Source of the DNA: an uncultured Lachnospiraceae bacterium
GTDB lineage: Bacteria; Bacillota; Clostridia; Lachnospirales; Lachnospiraceae
Assembly: GCA_964604605.1 (NCBI GenBank)
Contig: CAZSAF010000001.1
Location: 1-42,930 of the forward strand
Direction: 5' to 3'
DNA: 42,930 bases
Below are positions 1 through 9,181 of the stretch, in pieces. The notes beneath the pieces were generated by a model. It made no database searches. It saw only the letters and a list, made by a program, of their open reading frames with translations, and was not told the origin of the DNA. Within the stretch, counting starts at the first letter, position 1. Each line of letters begins with the position of its first letter. The translations under genes were made by a program, and so were the position numbers.

Positions 1-434
1 TGGCCATGGCCGCCGGTCATGCAGATGCCGGTGTCCGTGTGGAAGATCCGGGGCACCGTCAGCCATCCCTTTTCCCCGGCCTGGCGTAGCCGGTTGCACA
101 GGTTGTGGGGGGAGGAAACATCCCGCACCGTGGTAATCCCCAGCCGGATGGCCTGTTTGGCCTGCTCGGCGGCGTAGTAGGCGATCATGAAATCATCAAA
201 GTTTTCCTGGTCCGGCTGGCTGTAATAGTAGCCAAAGTGGACGTGCATGTCAAAAAGCCCGGGCAGAAGGGTGGCGTTCGGAAAATCCGTCACCGGCTCC
301 TCCGGGAAGCGGGCGGTGAGCTCTGTCCGGGTTCCCACTGCCCGAATGCTTCCGTCCTCCCCCACACACAGAGCGCCTTCCGGGAGGACGGTTTGGCCGT
401 CTCCCACAATCAGCTGGCTGGCACAGTAAATCAA
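1..434 (-). CDS. Metal-dependent amidohydrolase family protein (runs off the window start)
   Basis: Manual translation from TTG at 434, with AGGAGG upstream: MIYCASQLIVGDG...TLLPGLFDMHVH...GITTVRD...GICMTGGHG. The PG-x-D-x-H-x-H and GITTVRD motifs are typical of amidohydrolases. Not in the ORF track. Confidence 0.85.
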   Translation of the reverse strand, partial: MIYCASQLIVGDGQTVLPEGALCVGEDGSIRAVGTRTELTARFPEEPVTDFPNATLLPGLFDMHVHFGYYYSQPDQENFDDFMIAYYAAEQAKQAIRLGITTVRDVSSPHNLCNRLRQAGEKGWLTVPRIFHTDTGICMTGGHG

Positions 435-613
435 AGTGTTCCCTCCTTCTTGCCGGAAATCCGCTGAACCAGGTTCTATACCGGATTCTGGCATTTTTCT
501 TCCATTCTAGCATATCTGAGACAGAAATCAAGCACCGGGAAAATCGTCGGAATCTGTTGTCGTAATGGGAAACGAGTTGTGGTACAATGGGGGAGAAAGG
601 AAGGAGCGGACGA

Positions 614-2629
614 ATGAAAAGCCGGATATCCTGGCGGCGTTCCCTGCTGGCAACGCTGCTGTTGATTGTGCTGATGATTGCGGCCTCTTTTGTGATTACC
701 GGGGAGATCAACCGGATGGAGGAGGAGAGGAGTTTTGAGCGGCTGCACCAGGAGGCCAGCTCGCTGGCAAAGGAGATTGAGACCAGGAAGAACAGCGAAC
801 AGGAGCAGCTGGCTTCGTTTGTGGCAGGTTGGGAGGACTGGGAGTCACCGGAGCTGTGGCAGCTGCTGGACTCCTTCTTTCCAGTGGGAACCATGTCCCG
901 GGCGGAGATTTTGCTGCCGGATGACACCGTGATCGCCCCGGGCGGAGAGCGGGTGGATGTCCGGGGGCTTCTCTCCTTTGCGGAGGAGGCGGTTAAGGGA
1001 GCCCATATCAGTGACCGGGAAACCGACTGGCAGGAGGATGGCGGCTATGTGGTGCGGAATTTTGTGCCGGTGATCCGGGACGGGGAGACGGTAGCCATGC
1101 TGTACGGCGTGGTGGAACTGGGGACGCTGCCGGAGGCGCTGGCAGCGGAGCCCTACGACGGCCAGGCAGCGCTGTATCTCATAGAGGGCCAGACCGGGGA
1201 TTTCCTGGTGGACGCCTGGCACAACGAGCCGGGAGGCAATATCTGGGCGCTGGGAGAGCGGAAGATGGAGCCGGGATATGACCATGAGCAGCTGAAGCAG
1301 GGGCTCATTGACGGAAAGGAAGGGTACGTGGTTTTCCTGTCCGAGACCACCGGGGAGCGGTTGTATTTCTATTATGAGCCCATAGCGGTCAACCAGTGGC
1401 GGATTGCCTTGTCCGTGCCGGAGGATGTGGTTTTTGCCAGTGCCAATGGGATCCGGAATATTCTCAACGGCTTCCTGGTGGTGGAGGCGGTGTGCTTCCT
1501 GCTGTACTTTTTGTGGATGATCCGCTTTGTGCGGCGGGCAACCAGCGAAAAACAGCGGCAGCTGGACAACCTCAATGAGATTTACGATGTGGAGAAGCTG
1601 CTGTTCAACGCCCATGAACAGCAGGAAAATATGCGGCTGGCCCTGGAAAAAATTGCCCGCATGAACCGGGCGGAGGGGGCTGGCTTCTGGGCGCTGGCGC
1701 TGCCGGAAGCCCAGGGGGTTTTCTGCTGGAGCGCCGCCGGGGATCCCATGGCAGGGCCGGCGGCGGGCAGGATTCGGAAGGCTCTGCAGGATTATTTTTG
1801 GCAGGGACAAGAGCTGTTTGCCGCCGGCAGTCCGGAGGCGCTGGTCAAGGCGGCGGAGCAGAAAATGTATGCGGCCAAGCGGGCCTACTACCAGCAGGAA
1901 GCCCATGACCGGCGGCGGAGGGACCGGAGCACGGGGGCCGGAGACGCATCGGCAGCCCCCGGTGTGGAGGCGGCGAAGCAGCCGACCGGGGCAGAAAATC
2001 CGGAGCCGCCGGCCCCGCTGCCTGCCGTGGAAAATCCGGAGCCGCTGTCCTACACGGAGGACGGGGAGCTGTTGGATGTGGTGGATGGAAATGGCTTCCC
2101 CACCGGTCGGACGGTCACCCGGAAGGAAGCCCACAGCCGGGGCATCCGCCACCGCACGGCCCATGTGTGGCTGGTCCGCCGGAGAGGGGAGCAGCTGGAG
2201 GTGCTGCTGCAGAAGCGGAGCGCGGAGAAGGACGCCTACCCGGGCTGCTATGACATCTCCAGCGCCGGCCACGTCCCTGCCGGAGCCGGCTATCTGGATT
2301 CGGCAGTCCGGGAGCTGCGGGAGGAGCTGGGGGTGGAGGCGGCTCCCCGGGAGCTCCACTACTGCGGCCGGCGGTGGGTGTACCAGGAGGCCTGGTTCCA
2401 CAACGCCCCCTTTGTGGACAACCAGGTGAGCCAGGTCTACTTCCTGTGGAAGGACCTGGAGCCGGAGCAGCTGACGCTGCAGCGGGAGGAAGTGGAGTCG
2501 GTGCGCTGGATGGAGCTGGAGCAGTGCCGGCAGTGGGTGCGGGAAGGCCGGATGAAAACCTGCATTGCCACGGAAGAGCTGGATCTGCTGGCCGGGGCCC
2601 TGTACGGGTGGAAAAAGCGGATCCTGTGA
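614..2629 (+). CDS. Membrane sensor (TM, Cache-like domain, TM) with a GGDEF C-terminal remnant fused to a NUDIX hydrolase
   Basis: ATG at 614 after AAGGAG. Two TM segments flank an extracytoplasmic domain (FVPVIRDGETVAMLYG, YFYYEPIAVNQWRIALSVP). ALVKAAEQKMYAAKRAYY resembles the last GGDEF helix, but no GG(D/E)EF motif is present. The C-terminus has HRTAHVW, LLQKRS and the NUDIX box GHVPAGAGYLDSAVRELREELGV. Confidence 0.75.
   Translation: MKSRISWRRSLLATLLLIVLMIAASFVITGEINRMEEERSFERLHQEASSLAKEIETRKNSEQEQLASFVAGWEDWESPELWQLLDSFFPVGTMSRAEILLPDDTVIAPGGERVDVRGLLSFAEEAVKGAHISDRETDWQEDGGYVVRNFVPVIRDGETVAMLYGVVELGTLPEALAAEPYDGQAALYLIEGQTGDFLVDAWHNEPGGNIWALGERKMEPGYDHEQLKQGLIDGKEGYVVFLSETTGERLYFYYEPIAVNQWRIALSVPEDVVFASANGIRNILNGFLVVEAVCFLLYFLWMIRFVRRATSEKQRQLDNLNEIYDVEKLLFNAHEQQENMRLALEKIARMNRAEGAGFWALALPEAQGVFCWSAAGDPMAGPAAGRIRKALQDYFWQGQELFAAGSPEALVKAAEQKMYAAKRAYYQQEAHDRRRRDRSTGAGDASAAPGVEAAKQPTGAENPEPPAPLPAVENPEPLSYTEDGELLDVVDGNGFPTGRTVTRKEAHSRGIRHRTAHVWLVRRRGEQLEVLLQKRSAEKDAYPGCYDISSAGHVPAGAGYLDSAVRELREELGVEAAPRELHYCGRRWVYQEAWFHNAPFVDNQVSQVYFLWKDLEPEQLTLQREEVESVRWMELEQCRQWVREGRMKTCIATEELDLLAGALYGWKKRIL
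1994..2045 (+). repeat. 16-bp direct repeat in the linker of the sensor-NUDIX fusion
   Basis: GAAAATCCGGAGCCGC at 1994-2009 and 2030-2045, encoding ENPEP twice. Confidence 0.85.
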
Positions 2630-2743
2630 CGGCGCTCCGCGGGGCGGAAAAACGGGGCTGAGGCCAGTTCCTCACACAGTTTTTACATGGATGTGGTAGA
2701 ATGCCAGAAAAGATAGAATTTTGCGCAGGAGGAGTAAGCAAGC

Positions 2744-3403
2744 ATGATTACCTACTCAGATATTCAGAAAAACGAAGCCATCCGCACCTATATTTCCAAG
2801 GCGGATGAGTCGCTGATTGCCCTGGGCTACACGGAGCACAGCTTTGCCCACGTGACCCGGGTGGCGGAGACAGCCCGGTATATCCTGCAGACCATGGGAT
2901 ACCCGGAGCGGGACCAGGAGCTGGCCCAGATTGCCGGCTTCCTCCATGACATCGGCAACCTGGTGAATCGCATTGACCACGCCCAGAGCGGGGCGGTGAT
3001 GGCTTTCCGGATTCTGGACAACCTGGGCATGGAGCCGGCGGAGATCGCGGCCATTGTCACGGCTATCGGCAACCATGACGAGGGGACGGCCCAGGCGGTA
3101 AACCCCATTGCGGCGGCCCTGATCCTGGGGGACAAGACGGACGTGCGCCGCAGCCGGGTGCGGAACAAGGACAAGACCACCTTTGACATCCATGACCGGG
3201 TCAACTATTCGGTGAAGCAGTCCACGGTAAAGATCAACGAGGAGAAGACCCTGATCAAGCTGAAGCTGAGTGTAGATACCCGCTATGGCTCGGTGATGGA
3301 CTATTTTGAGATTTTCCTGGGGCGGATGATTCTCTGCCGGAAAGCGGCGGAGGCCCTGGGCCTGCAGTTCCGTCTGCTGATCAATGAGCAGCAGGTGGTT
3401 TGA
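2744..3403 (+). CDS. HD-domain phosphohydrolase
   Basis: H...HD...D pattern (EHSFAH, FLHDIGN, GNHDE, LGDKTD); AGGAGG RBS. Confidence 0.85.
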   Translation: MITYSDIQKNEAIRTYISKADESLIALGYTEHSFAHVTRVAETARYILQTMGYPERDQELAQIAGFLHDIGNLVNRIDHAQSGAVMAFRILDNLGMEPAEIAAIVTAIGNHDEGTAQAVNPIAAALILGDKTDVRRSRVRNKDKTTFDIHDRVNYSVKQSTVKINEEKTLIKLKLSVDTRYGSVMDYFEIFLGRMILCRKAAEALGLQFRLLINEQQVV

Positions 3404-3415
3404 GAGGAGGAGCGT

Positions 3416-4249
3416 ATGCTTACCATAGGAGCCCACATGTCCATTGCCAAGGGGCTGGCCCGGACGGCGGAGAATGTGGTGGCCATGGAGGCCAACACCA
3501 TGCAGATTTTCAGCCGCAACCCCCGGGGATCCAACTTTAAGGTGCCGGAGCCCCGGGAGGTGGAGGCCTTTCAGCGGATCCGCCGGGAGCAGGGCTTTGG
3601 CCCGTTGCTGGCCCATGCCCCTTACACCCTGAACCTGGCCAGCAACCAGGAGCGGGTGTACGAGTTTGCCTGCACGGTGATCCGGGAGGATGTGGCCCGG
3701 ATGGACCAGCTGGGCATGGAGCTGCTGGTGTTCCACCCCGGCAGCCACACCGGCATTGGGGAGGAGGCGGGCATCCGGAATATTGCGGCGGGGCTGAACC
3801 AGGCCATCACCGGTGCGGAGAATATCCAGGTGCTGCTGGAGACCATGTCCGGCAAGGGCACAGAGATTGGCTACCGGTTTGAGCAGCTGCGGGAGATCCG
3901 GGAGCAGACGGAGCACCCGGAGAAAATCGGCATCTGTCTGGACACCTGCCATGTGTTTGCCGCCGGGTACGACATTGTCCGGGACCTGGACGGGGTGCTG
4001 GAGGAGTTTGACCGGGTGCTGGGGCTGCCGCTGCTGCGGGCCGTCCATTTAAACGACAGCCTGATGCCCTTTGGTTCCCGGAAGGACCGCCATGCGGTCA
4101 TCGGCGGCGGCCAGATTGGCCTGGAGCCGCTGCTGGCGGTGCTGCGCCACCCGGCCCTGCGGGACCTGCCCTTTTTCCTGGAGACCCCGCTGGATGACGC
4201 CGGGCACCGGGAGGAGATCCGTATGCTGCGGGAGAAGCTGGGGGAGTGA
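3416..4249 (+). CDS. nfo: Endonuclease IV (AP endonuclease family 2)
   Basis: [49 protein letters not shown] and KDRH zinc-ligand motifs. Confidence 0.93.
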   Translation: MLTIGAHMSIAKGLARTAENVVAMEANTMQIFSRNPRGSNFKVPEPREVEAFQRIRREQGFGPLLAHAPYTLNLASNQERVYEFACTVIREDVARMDQLGMELLVFHPGSHTGIGEEAGIRNIAAGLNQAITGAENIQVLLETMSGKGTEIGYRFEQLREIREQTEHPEKIGICLDTCHVFAAGYDIVRDLDGVLEEFDRVLGLPLLRAVHLNDSLMPFGSRKDRHAVIGGGQIGLEPLLAVLRHPALRDLPFFLETPLDDAGHREEIRMLREKLGE

Positions 4250-4311
4250 AAAATCTGAAAATGCAACCGGACGGAAGCCCTACCAAGAGGTTACCGGGGA
4301 TGCGGCTGTAT

Positions 4312-4355
4312 AAAATGTGTATGCCGGCCTCACGGAAGGCCGGCATACACATTTT
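4312..4355. terminator. Bidirectional terminator-like hairpin between nfo and the GntR gene
   Basis: Perfect 19-bp inverted repeat AAAATGTGTATGCCGGCCT-N6-AGGCCGGCATACACATTTT, overlapping the GntR stop codon. Confidence 0.75.
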
Positions 4356-5004
4356 CCAGATTGATATGGAGGGGCGCCTGCATGTGGTCCAGAACGGCGC
4401 TGTAGGCCGCCTGGGGATCCCCCTCCCGGATGGCCTGATAGATTTTCCGGTGTTCCGCCAGGGTCTCTTCCATCCGGTGGGGCTTCTGGAGGGAGAGGGC
4501 GGCCAGCCGCTGCAGCTTGTACATATACTGGCTGAAAAACTCCTGGAAGGCAGCGTTTTCACTGGATTGGACCAGCAGCCAGTGGAAGTTCCGGTCCTCC
4601 TGGGAGAAGGCTTCCGGGTCGCCGCCACCGGCAAAAATTTCCTGCTGGCGCCGGAGGGATTCCTCCAGGCCGGCGGCCAGGTGTTCCGCCGCCTCCGTGT
4701 CCTTCTTCTCCGCCAGTTTCCGGCAGCAGTAGCCCTCAATGGCGGAGCGGACCTCGTAGGTCTCCAGCACGTCCTGTTCGTTCATCCGGTGCAGGGCAAA
4801 GCCTTTGTTGGGGATAATGTCCAGGTAGCCTTCCTGGTAGAGCAAATGCACCGCGTCCCGGACCGGGGTGCGGGAGATGCCCACCTCCCGGGCAATCTGG
4901 GATTCGGAGTAAATCTGATTGTAGCCGAGCTGGCCGGACAGAATCCGGTCCTTGATGTACTGGTACGCTTCCTGCTGAAGCACCTTGAATTCACGCTGCC
5001 GCAT
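4330..5004 (-). CDS. GntR family regulator (FadR/FCD type)
   Basis: wHTH segment SESQIAREVGISRTPVRDAV; FCD-like EDRNFH...EHRKIYQAI...DH; ATG at 5004 after AAGGAG. Confidence 0.9.
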   Translation of the reverse strand: MRQREFKVLQQEAYQYIKDRILSGQLGYNQIYSESQIAREVGISRTPVRDAVHLLYQEGYLDIIPNKGFALHRMNEQDVLETYEVRSAIEGYCCRKLAEKKDTEAAEHLAAGLEESLRRQQEIFAGGGDPEAFSQEDRNFHWLLVQSSENAAFQEFFSQYMYKLQRLAALSLQKPHRMEETLAEHRKIYQAIREGDPQAAYSAVLDHMQAPLHINLENVYAGLP

Positions 5005-5164
5005 GGGACTCCTTTCCTGGGGGGACGCCGGATGCGGAAACACACCGGGCAGTCCGGGGCTTTCCCTCAAAATACTACAAATTTTCCTCCGCGTCAACCT
5101 CCTGTTTGGCGGCAGCGGGGTGCCGCCCGTTCATCGGAAAGGGCTTGATCTGCCGGAAAGGGGA

Positions 5165-5227
5165 TTGACAAAACGGGAGAGCAGCGGTAGGATAAAGGCA
5201 ACAGTTGTATACCGGTATACCGGTATA
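5165..5227 (+). promoter_or_regulatory. Sigma70-type promoter and palindromic GntR-type operator for the dehydrogenase-kinase operon
   Basis: TTGACA (5165-5170), 17-bp spacer, TAGGAT (5188-5193); perfect 20-bp palindrome TATACCGGTATACCGGTATA at 5208-5227. Confidence 0.75.
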
Positions 5228-5263
5228 GAAAAAATGTGCGGCAAGCAGAGGAGGAAACGTGAG

Positions 5264-6169
5264 ATGATCGGATTTATTGGTCTGGGAATCATGGGAAAGC
5301 CCATGGTAAAGAACCTGCTGAAGGCGGGGAATACGGTGAAGGTGGCGGATGTGGTGCCGGCGGCGGTGGAGGCGCTGGTTGCCGAGGGGGCCGAAGCTTC
5401 CACCCAACAGGAAATCGGCGCATCCTGCTCGGTGATCTTTCTGAGCCTGCCCAGCGGCCCCATTGTACAGCAGGTGCTGTTCGGGGAGAACGGCGTGGCG
5501 GAGGCGGCGGCACCGGGAACGGTGATCTGTGACTGCAGCTCCGTGACGCCGGTGGAATCCAAGACCTGCTGGGAGAAGCTGCAGCAGAAAGGAGTGGGCT
5601 TTGTGGACTGCCCCATGAGCGGCGGGGAGACCGGGGCCATTGCCGGAACCCTGGCCTTTATGGCCGGCGGCCGGGAGGGGGACTTCCAGAAGGTGAAGCC
5701 TTATCTGGAGCAGATGGGCTCCACGGCGCTGTGGATGGGCGCAGCCGGCAGCGGCTCCATGACCAAGCTGGCCAACCAGGTGATTGTAAACCTGACCATC
5801 ACTGCGGTTTCCGAGGCCCTGGTCCTGGCGGTGAAGGGTGGCGTGGATCCGGAGAAGGTGTATGAGGCCATCCGGGGCGGCCTGGCGGGCAGCACCGTGC
5901 TGGACACCAAGGCGCCCATGATGATTGCCCGGAATTTTAAGCCCGGCGGAAAAATCTCCATCAACCACAAGGATGTCAAGAACGTGCTGGCCGCGGCCCA
6001 TGAGCTGGATGTGCCCATGCCCTTTACCAGCCAGCTGTTTGAGGTCATGCAGGCGCTGAAGGTGGGCGGCCACATGAACGACGATCACAGCGGCATTGTC
6101 CAGTATTTTGAGCAGCTGGCGGACGTGGTGGTCAAGAAACCGGAGCAATCTGAGGGCTTTCATGGCTAG
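5264..6169 (+). CDS. NAD(P)-dependent beta-hydroxyacid dehydrogenase (2-hydroxy-3-oxopropionate reductase, GarR/GlxR-like)
   Basis: IGFIGLGIMGKPM Rossmann motif, DCPMSGG, catalytic TKLANQ, FKPGG...HKD. Confidence 0.88.
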   Translation: MIGFIGLGIMGKPMVKNLLKAGNTVKVADVVPAAVEALVAEGAEASTQQEIGASCSVIFLSLPSGPIVQQVLFGENGVAEAAAPGTVICDCSSVTPVESKTCWEKLQQKGVGFVDCPMSGGETGAIAGTLAFMAGGREGDFQKVKPYLEQMGSTALWMGAAGSGSMTKLANQVIVNLTITAVSEALVLAVKGGVDPEKVYEAIRGGLAGSTVLDTKAPMMIARNFKPGGKISINHKDVKNVLAAAHELDVPMPFTSQLFEVMQALKVGGHMNDDHSGIVQYFEQLADVVVKKPEQSEGFHG

Positions 6170-6231
6170 CGGTGTCCGCGTCAGCGGACATGAAAGTTTG
6201 CAGGGTATTCCTTAGAGAGGAGACGGAATTC

Positions 6232-7671
6232 ATGGAGAGCAAAGCAAGAAACATGCAGGAGGTGCTGGGGGCCCTGCCCCCGGCGGATCCGGAAAAGGCG
6301 GCGGCGCTGCTGGCCCGGGAGCGGGAGGGGGTCAGCCGGAAGATGGTGGTGCTGGATGATGACCCCACCGGCGTGCAGACCGTCCACGATATATCGGTGT
6401 ATACCGGCTGGACAGAGGAGCTGGTGCGCCAGGGATTTGACGAGGAAGAGCCGCTGTTCTTTATCCTTACCAACTCCCGGAGCTTTACGGCGGAGCAGAC
6501 CCGGCAGGCCCACCGGGAGATGGCGGAGGCCATCGGCAAGGTTTCCCGGAAGACCGGCAAGCCCTTTGTGCTGGTGAGCCGCAGCGACTCCACCCTCCGG
6601 GGCCATTATCCCCTGGAGACGGAGACCCTGCGGCAGGTGCTGGAGGCGGATTTCGGCCTCCACTATGACGGGGAGATCCTCTGCCCCTTCTTCCTGGAGG
6701 GGGGGCGGTACACGGTGGGCAACATCCACTATGTGCAGGATGGGGAGATTCTGATTCCCGCCGGGGAAACAGAGTTTGCCAAGGATGCCACCTTCGGTTA
6801 CCGGTCCTCGGATCTGACCCAGTGGTGTGAGGAGAAAACCGGCGGCCGCTATCCGGCGGACCAGGCGGTCTCCATCTCCATCGAAGAGCTGCGGGCCCTG
6901 GATGTGGAGGGAATTGCAGCCAAGCTGTCCGGTGTAAAGGACTTTGGCAAGGTGATTGTAAACGCGGCGGACCAGGCGGATATCCAGGTGTTCCTGGCAG
7001 CCTTTTTCCGGGTGCTGAAGGCTGGCAAAGAGTTCCTGTTCCGCAGCGCGGCGGCCATCCCCAAGGCCCTGGGCGGGGTGACGGACAAACCGCTGCTGAC
7101 CCATTCGGAGCTGGTGGATGACCGGGAGACCAACGGCGGCATTGTGCTGGTGGGCTCCCATGTAAAAAAGACTACCCAGCAGCTGGAGGCCCTGAAGGAG
7201 TCGGCCTGCGCCATGCGCTGGATTCCCTTTAACGCCCAGCGGGTGCTGGAACCCGGCGGCCTGGAGAAAGAGGCCCAGCAGGCCACCCGGCAGGCGGAGG
7301 AGTGTATCCGCCAGGGACAGACGGCGGTGGTGTACACCAGCCGGGAGCTGGTGCAGCTGGATACGGCGGACCGGGAACAGATGCTGGAAGCTTCCGTGCA
7401 GATTTCCGCGGCGGTGACCAGCGTCATTGCCCGGCTGACGGAGAAACCGGCCTTTATTGTGGCCAAGGGGGGCATCACCTCCAGTGACGTGGGCACCAAG
7501 GCCCTGGGCGTCCGGAAAGCCCGTGTTATGGGCCAGATTGCGCCGGGAATCCCCGTGTGGATGACCGGGGAAGAAAGCAAGTTCCCGGGAATGCCCTATG
7601 TGATCTTCCCGGGCAATGTGGGCGGCGTGGAGACCCTCCGGGAAGTGGTGGAGAAGCTGGTGAAAAAGTAA
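6232..7671 (+). CDS. Four-carbon acid sugar kinase family protein (DUF1537)
   Basis: VLDDDPTG, RSDSTLRGH, VGSHVKKTT, KGGITS and FPGNVG motifs; ATG at 6232 after GAGGAG. Confidence 0.88.
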   Translation: MESKARNMQEVLGALPPADPEKAAALLAREREGVSRKMVVLDDDPTGVQTVHDISVYTGWTEELVRQGFDEEEPLFFILTNSRSFTAEQTRQAHREMAEAIGKVSRKTGKPFVLVSRSDSTLRGHYPLETETLRQVLEADFGLHYDGEILCPFFLEGGRYTVGNIHYVQDGEILIPAGETEFAKDATFGYRSSDLTQWCEEKTGGRYPADQAVSISIEELRALDVEGIAAKLSGVKDFGKVIVNAADQADIQVFLAAFFRVLKAGKEFLFRSAAAIPKALGGVTDKPLLTHSELVDDRETNGGIVLVGSHVKKTTQQLEALKESACAMRWIPFNAQRVLEPGGLEKEAQQATRQAEECIRQGQTAVVYTSRELVQLDTADREQMLEASVQISAAVTSVIARLTEKPAFIVAKGGITSSDVGTKALGVRKARVMGQIAPGIPVWMTGEESKFPGMPYVIFPGNVGGVETLREVVEKLVKK

Positions 7672-7700
7672 ATCGCCGAAAATAGCCTTAAAAAGCAGAG

Positions 7701-7754
7701 AAAAAGCTGCTGCGCCGATGACCGGTTCCTTTTGGGTCAGCGCAGCAGCTTTTT
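7701..7754. terminator. Intrinsic terminator
   Basis: AAAAAGCTGCTGCGC...GCGCAGCAGCTTTTT inverted repeat after the kinase stop. Confidence 0.8.
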
Positions 7755-7921
7755 GGGTTGGTGCGGCCATGGCAGAGATCCGCCTGGCCCCCGCTAAGGT
7801 TTGCTAAAATTTTCAAAAAAGATTTGCCATCTGCAAAATACCTGTGCTATGATGGAGGCGGACTGTATATTTTCGGAAAAAGAATTAAAAAACAAGAGAA
7901 AAAGAAGGAGAGTGGTAGTTT

Positions 7922-9163
7922 TTGGCTGTGTTAAGACCTTTTGCGGCGGTGCGCCCGGTGCCGGAGTTGGCAGAGCGGGTGGCGGCCCTGCCCTATGATG
8001 TGATGAATAGCCAGGAGGCCCGCCGGATGGTGGAGGGCAATCCCTATTCTTTTCTGCACGTGGACCGGGCAGAGGTGGATCTGGATCCCTCGGTGGACCC
8101 TTATGATCCCCAGGTGTACCGGAAGGCGGAGGAGAACCTTCAGAAGATGCAGCGGGAGGGCATCCTGTTCCAGGACGAGGCCCCCTGCTATTATCTTTAC
8201 CGCCAGGTGATGGACGGCCATGCCCAGACGGGAGTAGTGGGCTGCGCCTCCATAGACGATTACCTGGAAAACCACATCAAAAAGCATGAGCTGACCCGGG
8301 CGGAGAAGGAGGAGGACCGGATCCGCCATGTGGATGTCTGCAGCGCCCATACCGGTCCCATCTTCCTCACCTGCCGCCCCCATGCCTGGGTCAATCAGAC
8401 CGTGGAGGCCTGGACCCGGGCGCATGCGCCGGTGTACGATTTTACCGCGGAGGATGGCATCCGGCACACGGTGTGGGTGGTGGATGACCCGGAAACCATG
8501 AGAGGGCTGGAGCAGGCGTTCCGAGAGATTCCGGATTTTTACATAGCGGACGGGCACCATCGGGCGGCCTCCGCGGTGAAGGTGGGGCAGATGCGCCGGG
8601 AAAACCGCGGTTCCTACAGCGGGGAGGAAGAATTCAACTTCTTCCTGGCGGTGCTGTTCCCCAGCGACCAGCTCTCGATATGGGATTACAACCGGGTTGT
8701 GTCGGATTTGGGCGGACTCTCGGAGGTGGAATTCCTGGAAAAAACCGGGGAGCGCTTTACGGTGACGCCGCTGGCAGGCATGGAAAAGCCGTCGGAGAAG
8801 CACACCATCCACCTGTACCTGGGCGGAAAATGGTACCGGCTCCAGGCCAAGCCCGGCACCTTCCGGGAGGATGACCCGGTGGAGCGGCTGGATGTCTCCA
8901 TCCTGCAGGACAACCTGCTGGCGCCGGTGCTGGGCATGGGGGATCCCCGGACGGACAAGCGGATGGAGTTTGTGGGAGGAATCCGCGGCCTGGAGGAGCT
9001 GGTGCGCCTGGTGGACGGCGGCATGGCGGCGGCCTTTGCTATGTACCCCACCACCTTGGAGGATCTGATGGACATTGCGGACAGCGGAAAGATTATGCCG
9101 CCCAAGTCCACCTGGTTTGAGCCGAAACTGCGCAGCGGCCTGTTTATACATATGATTCCGTAA
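7922..9163 (+). CDS. DUF1015 family protein
   Basis: LPYDV, IKKHELT, IADGHHR, MPPKSTWFEPKLRSGL; TTG start; upstream TTGCCA-18-TATGAT promoter (7824-7853). Confidence 0.88.
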   Translation: MAVLRPFAAVRPVPELAERVAALPYDVMNSQEARRMVEGNPYSFLHVDRAEVDLDPSVDPYDPQVYRKAEENLQKMQREGILFQDEAPCYYLYRQVMDGHAQTGVVGCASIDDYLENHIKKHELTRAEKEEDRIRHVDVCSAHTGPIFLTCRPHAWVNQTVEAWTRAHAPVYDFTAEDGIRHTVWVVDDPETMRGLEQAFREIPDFYIADGHHRAASAVKVGQMRRENRGSYSGEEEFNFFLAVLFPSDQLSIWDYNRVVSDLGGLSEVEFLEKTGERFTVTPLAGMEKPSEKHTIHLYLGGKWYRLQAKPGTFREDDPVERLDVSILQDNLLAPVLGMGDPRTDKRMEFVGGIRGLEELVRLVDGGMAAAFAMYPTTLEDLMDIADSGKIMPPKSTWFEPKLRSGLFIHMIP

Positions 9164-9181
9164 ACGAGAGGAGGAGACACC

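Noticed and set aside
2060-2629. NUDIX domain as a type 1 isopentenyl-diphosphate isomerase
   Set aside because: The fold family is similar, but the catalytic Cys region reads SSAGH and no isoprenoid genes are nearby.
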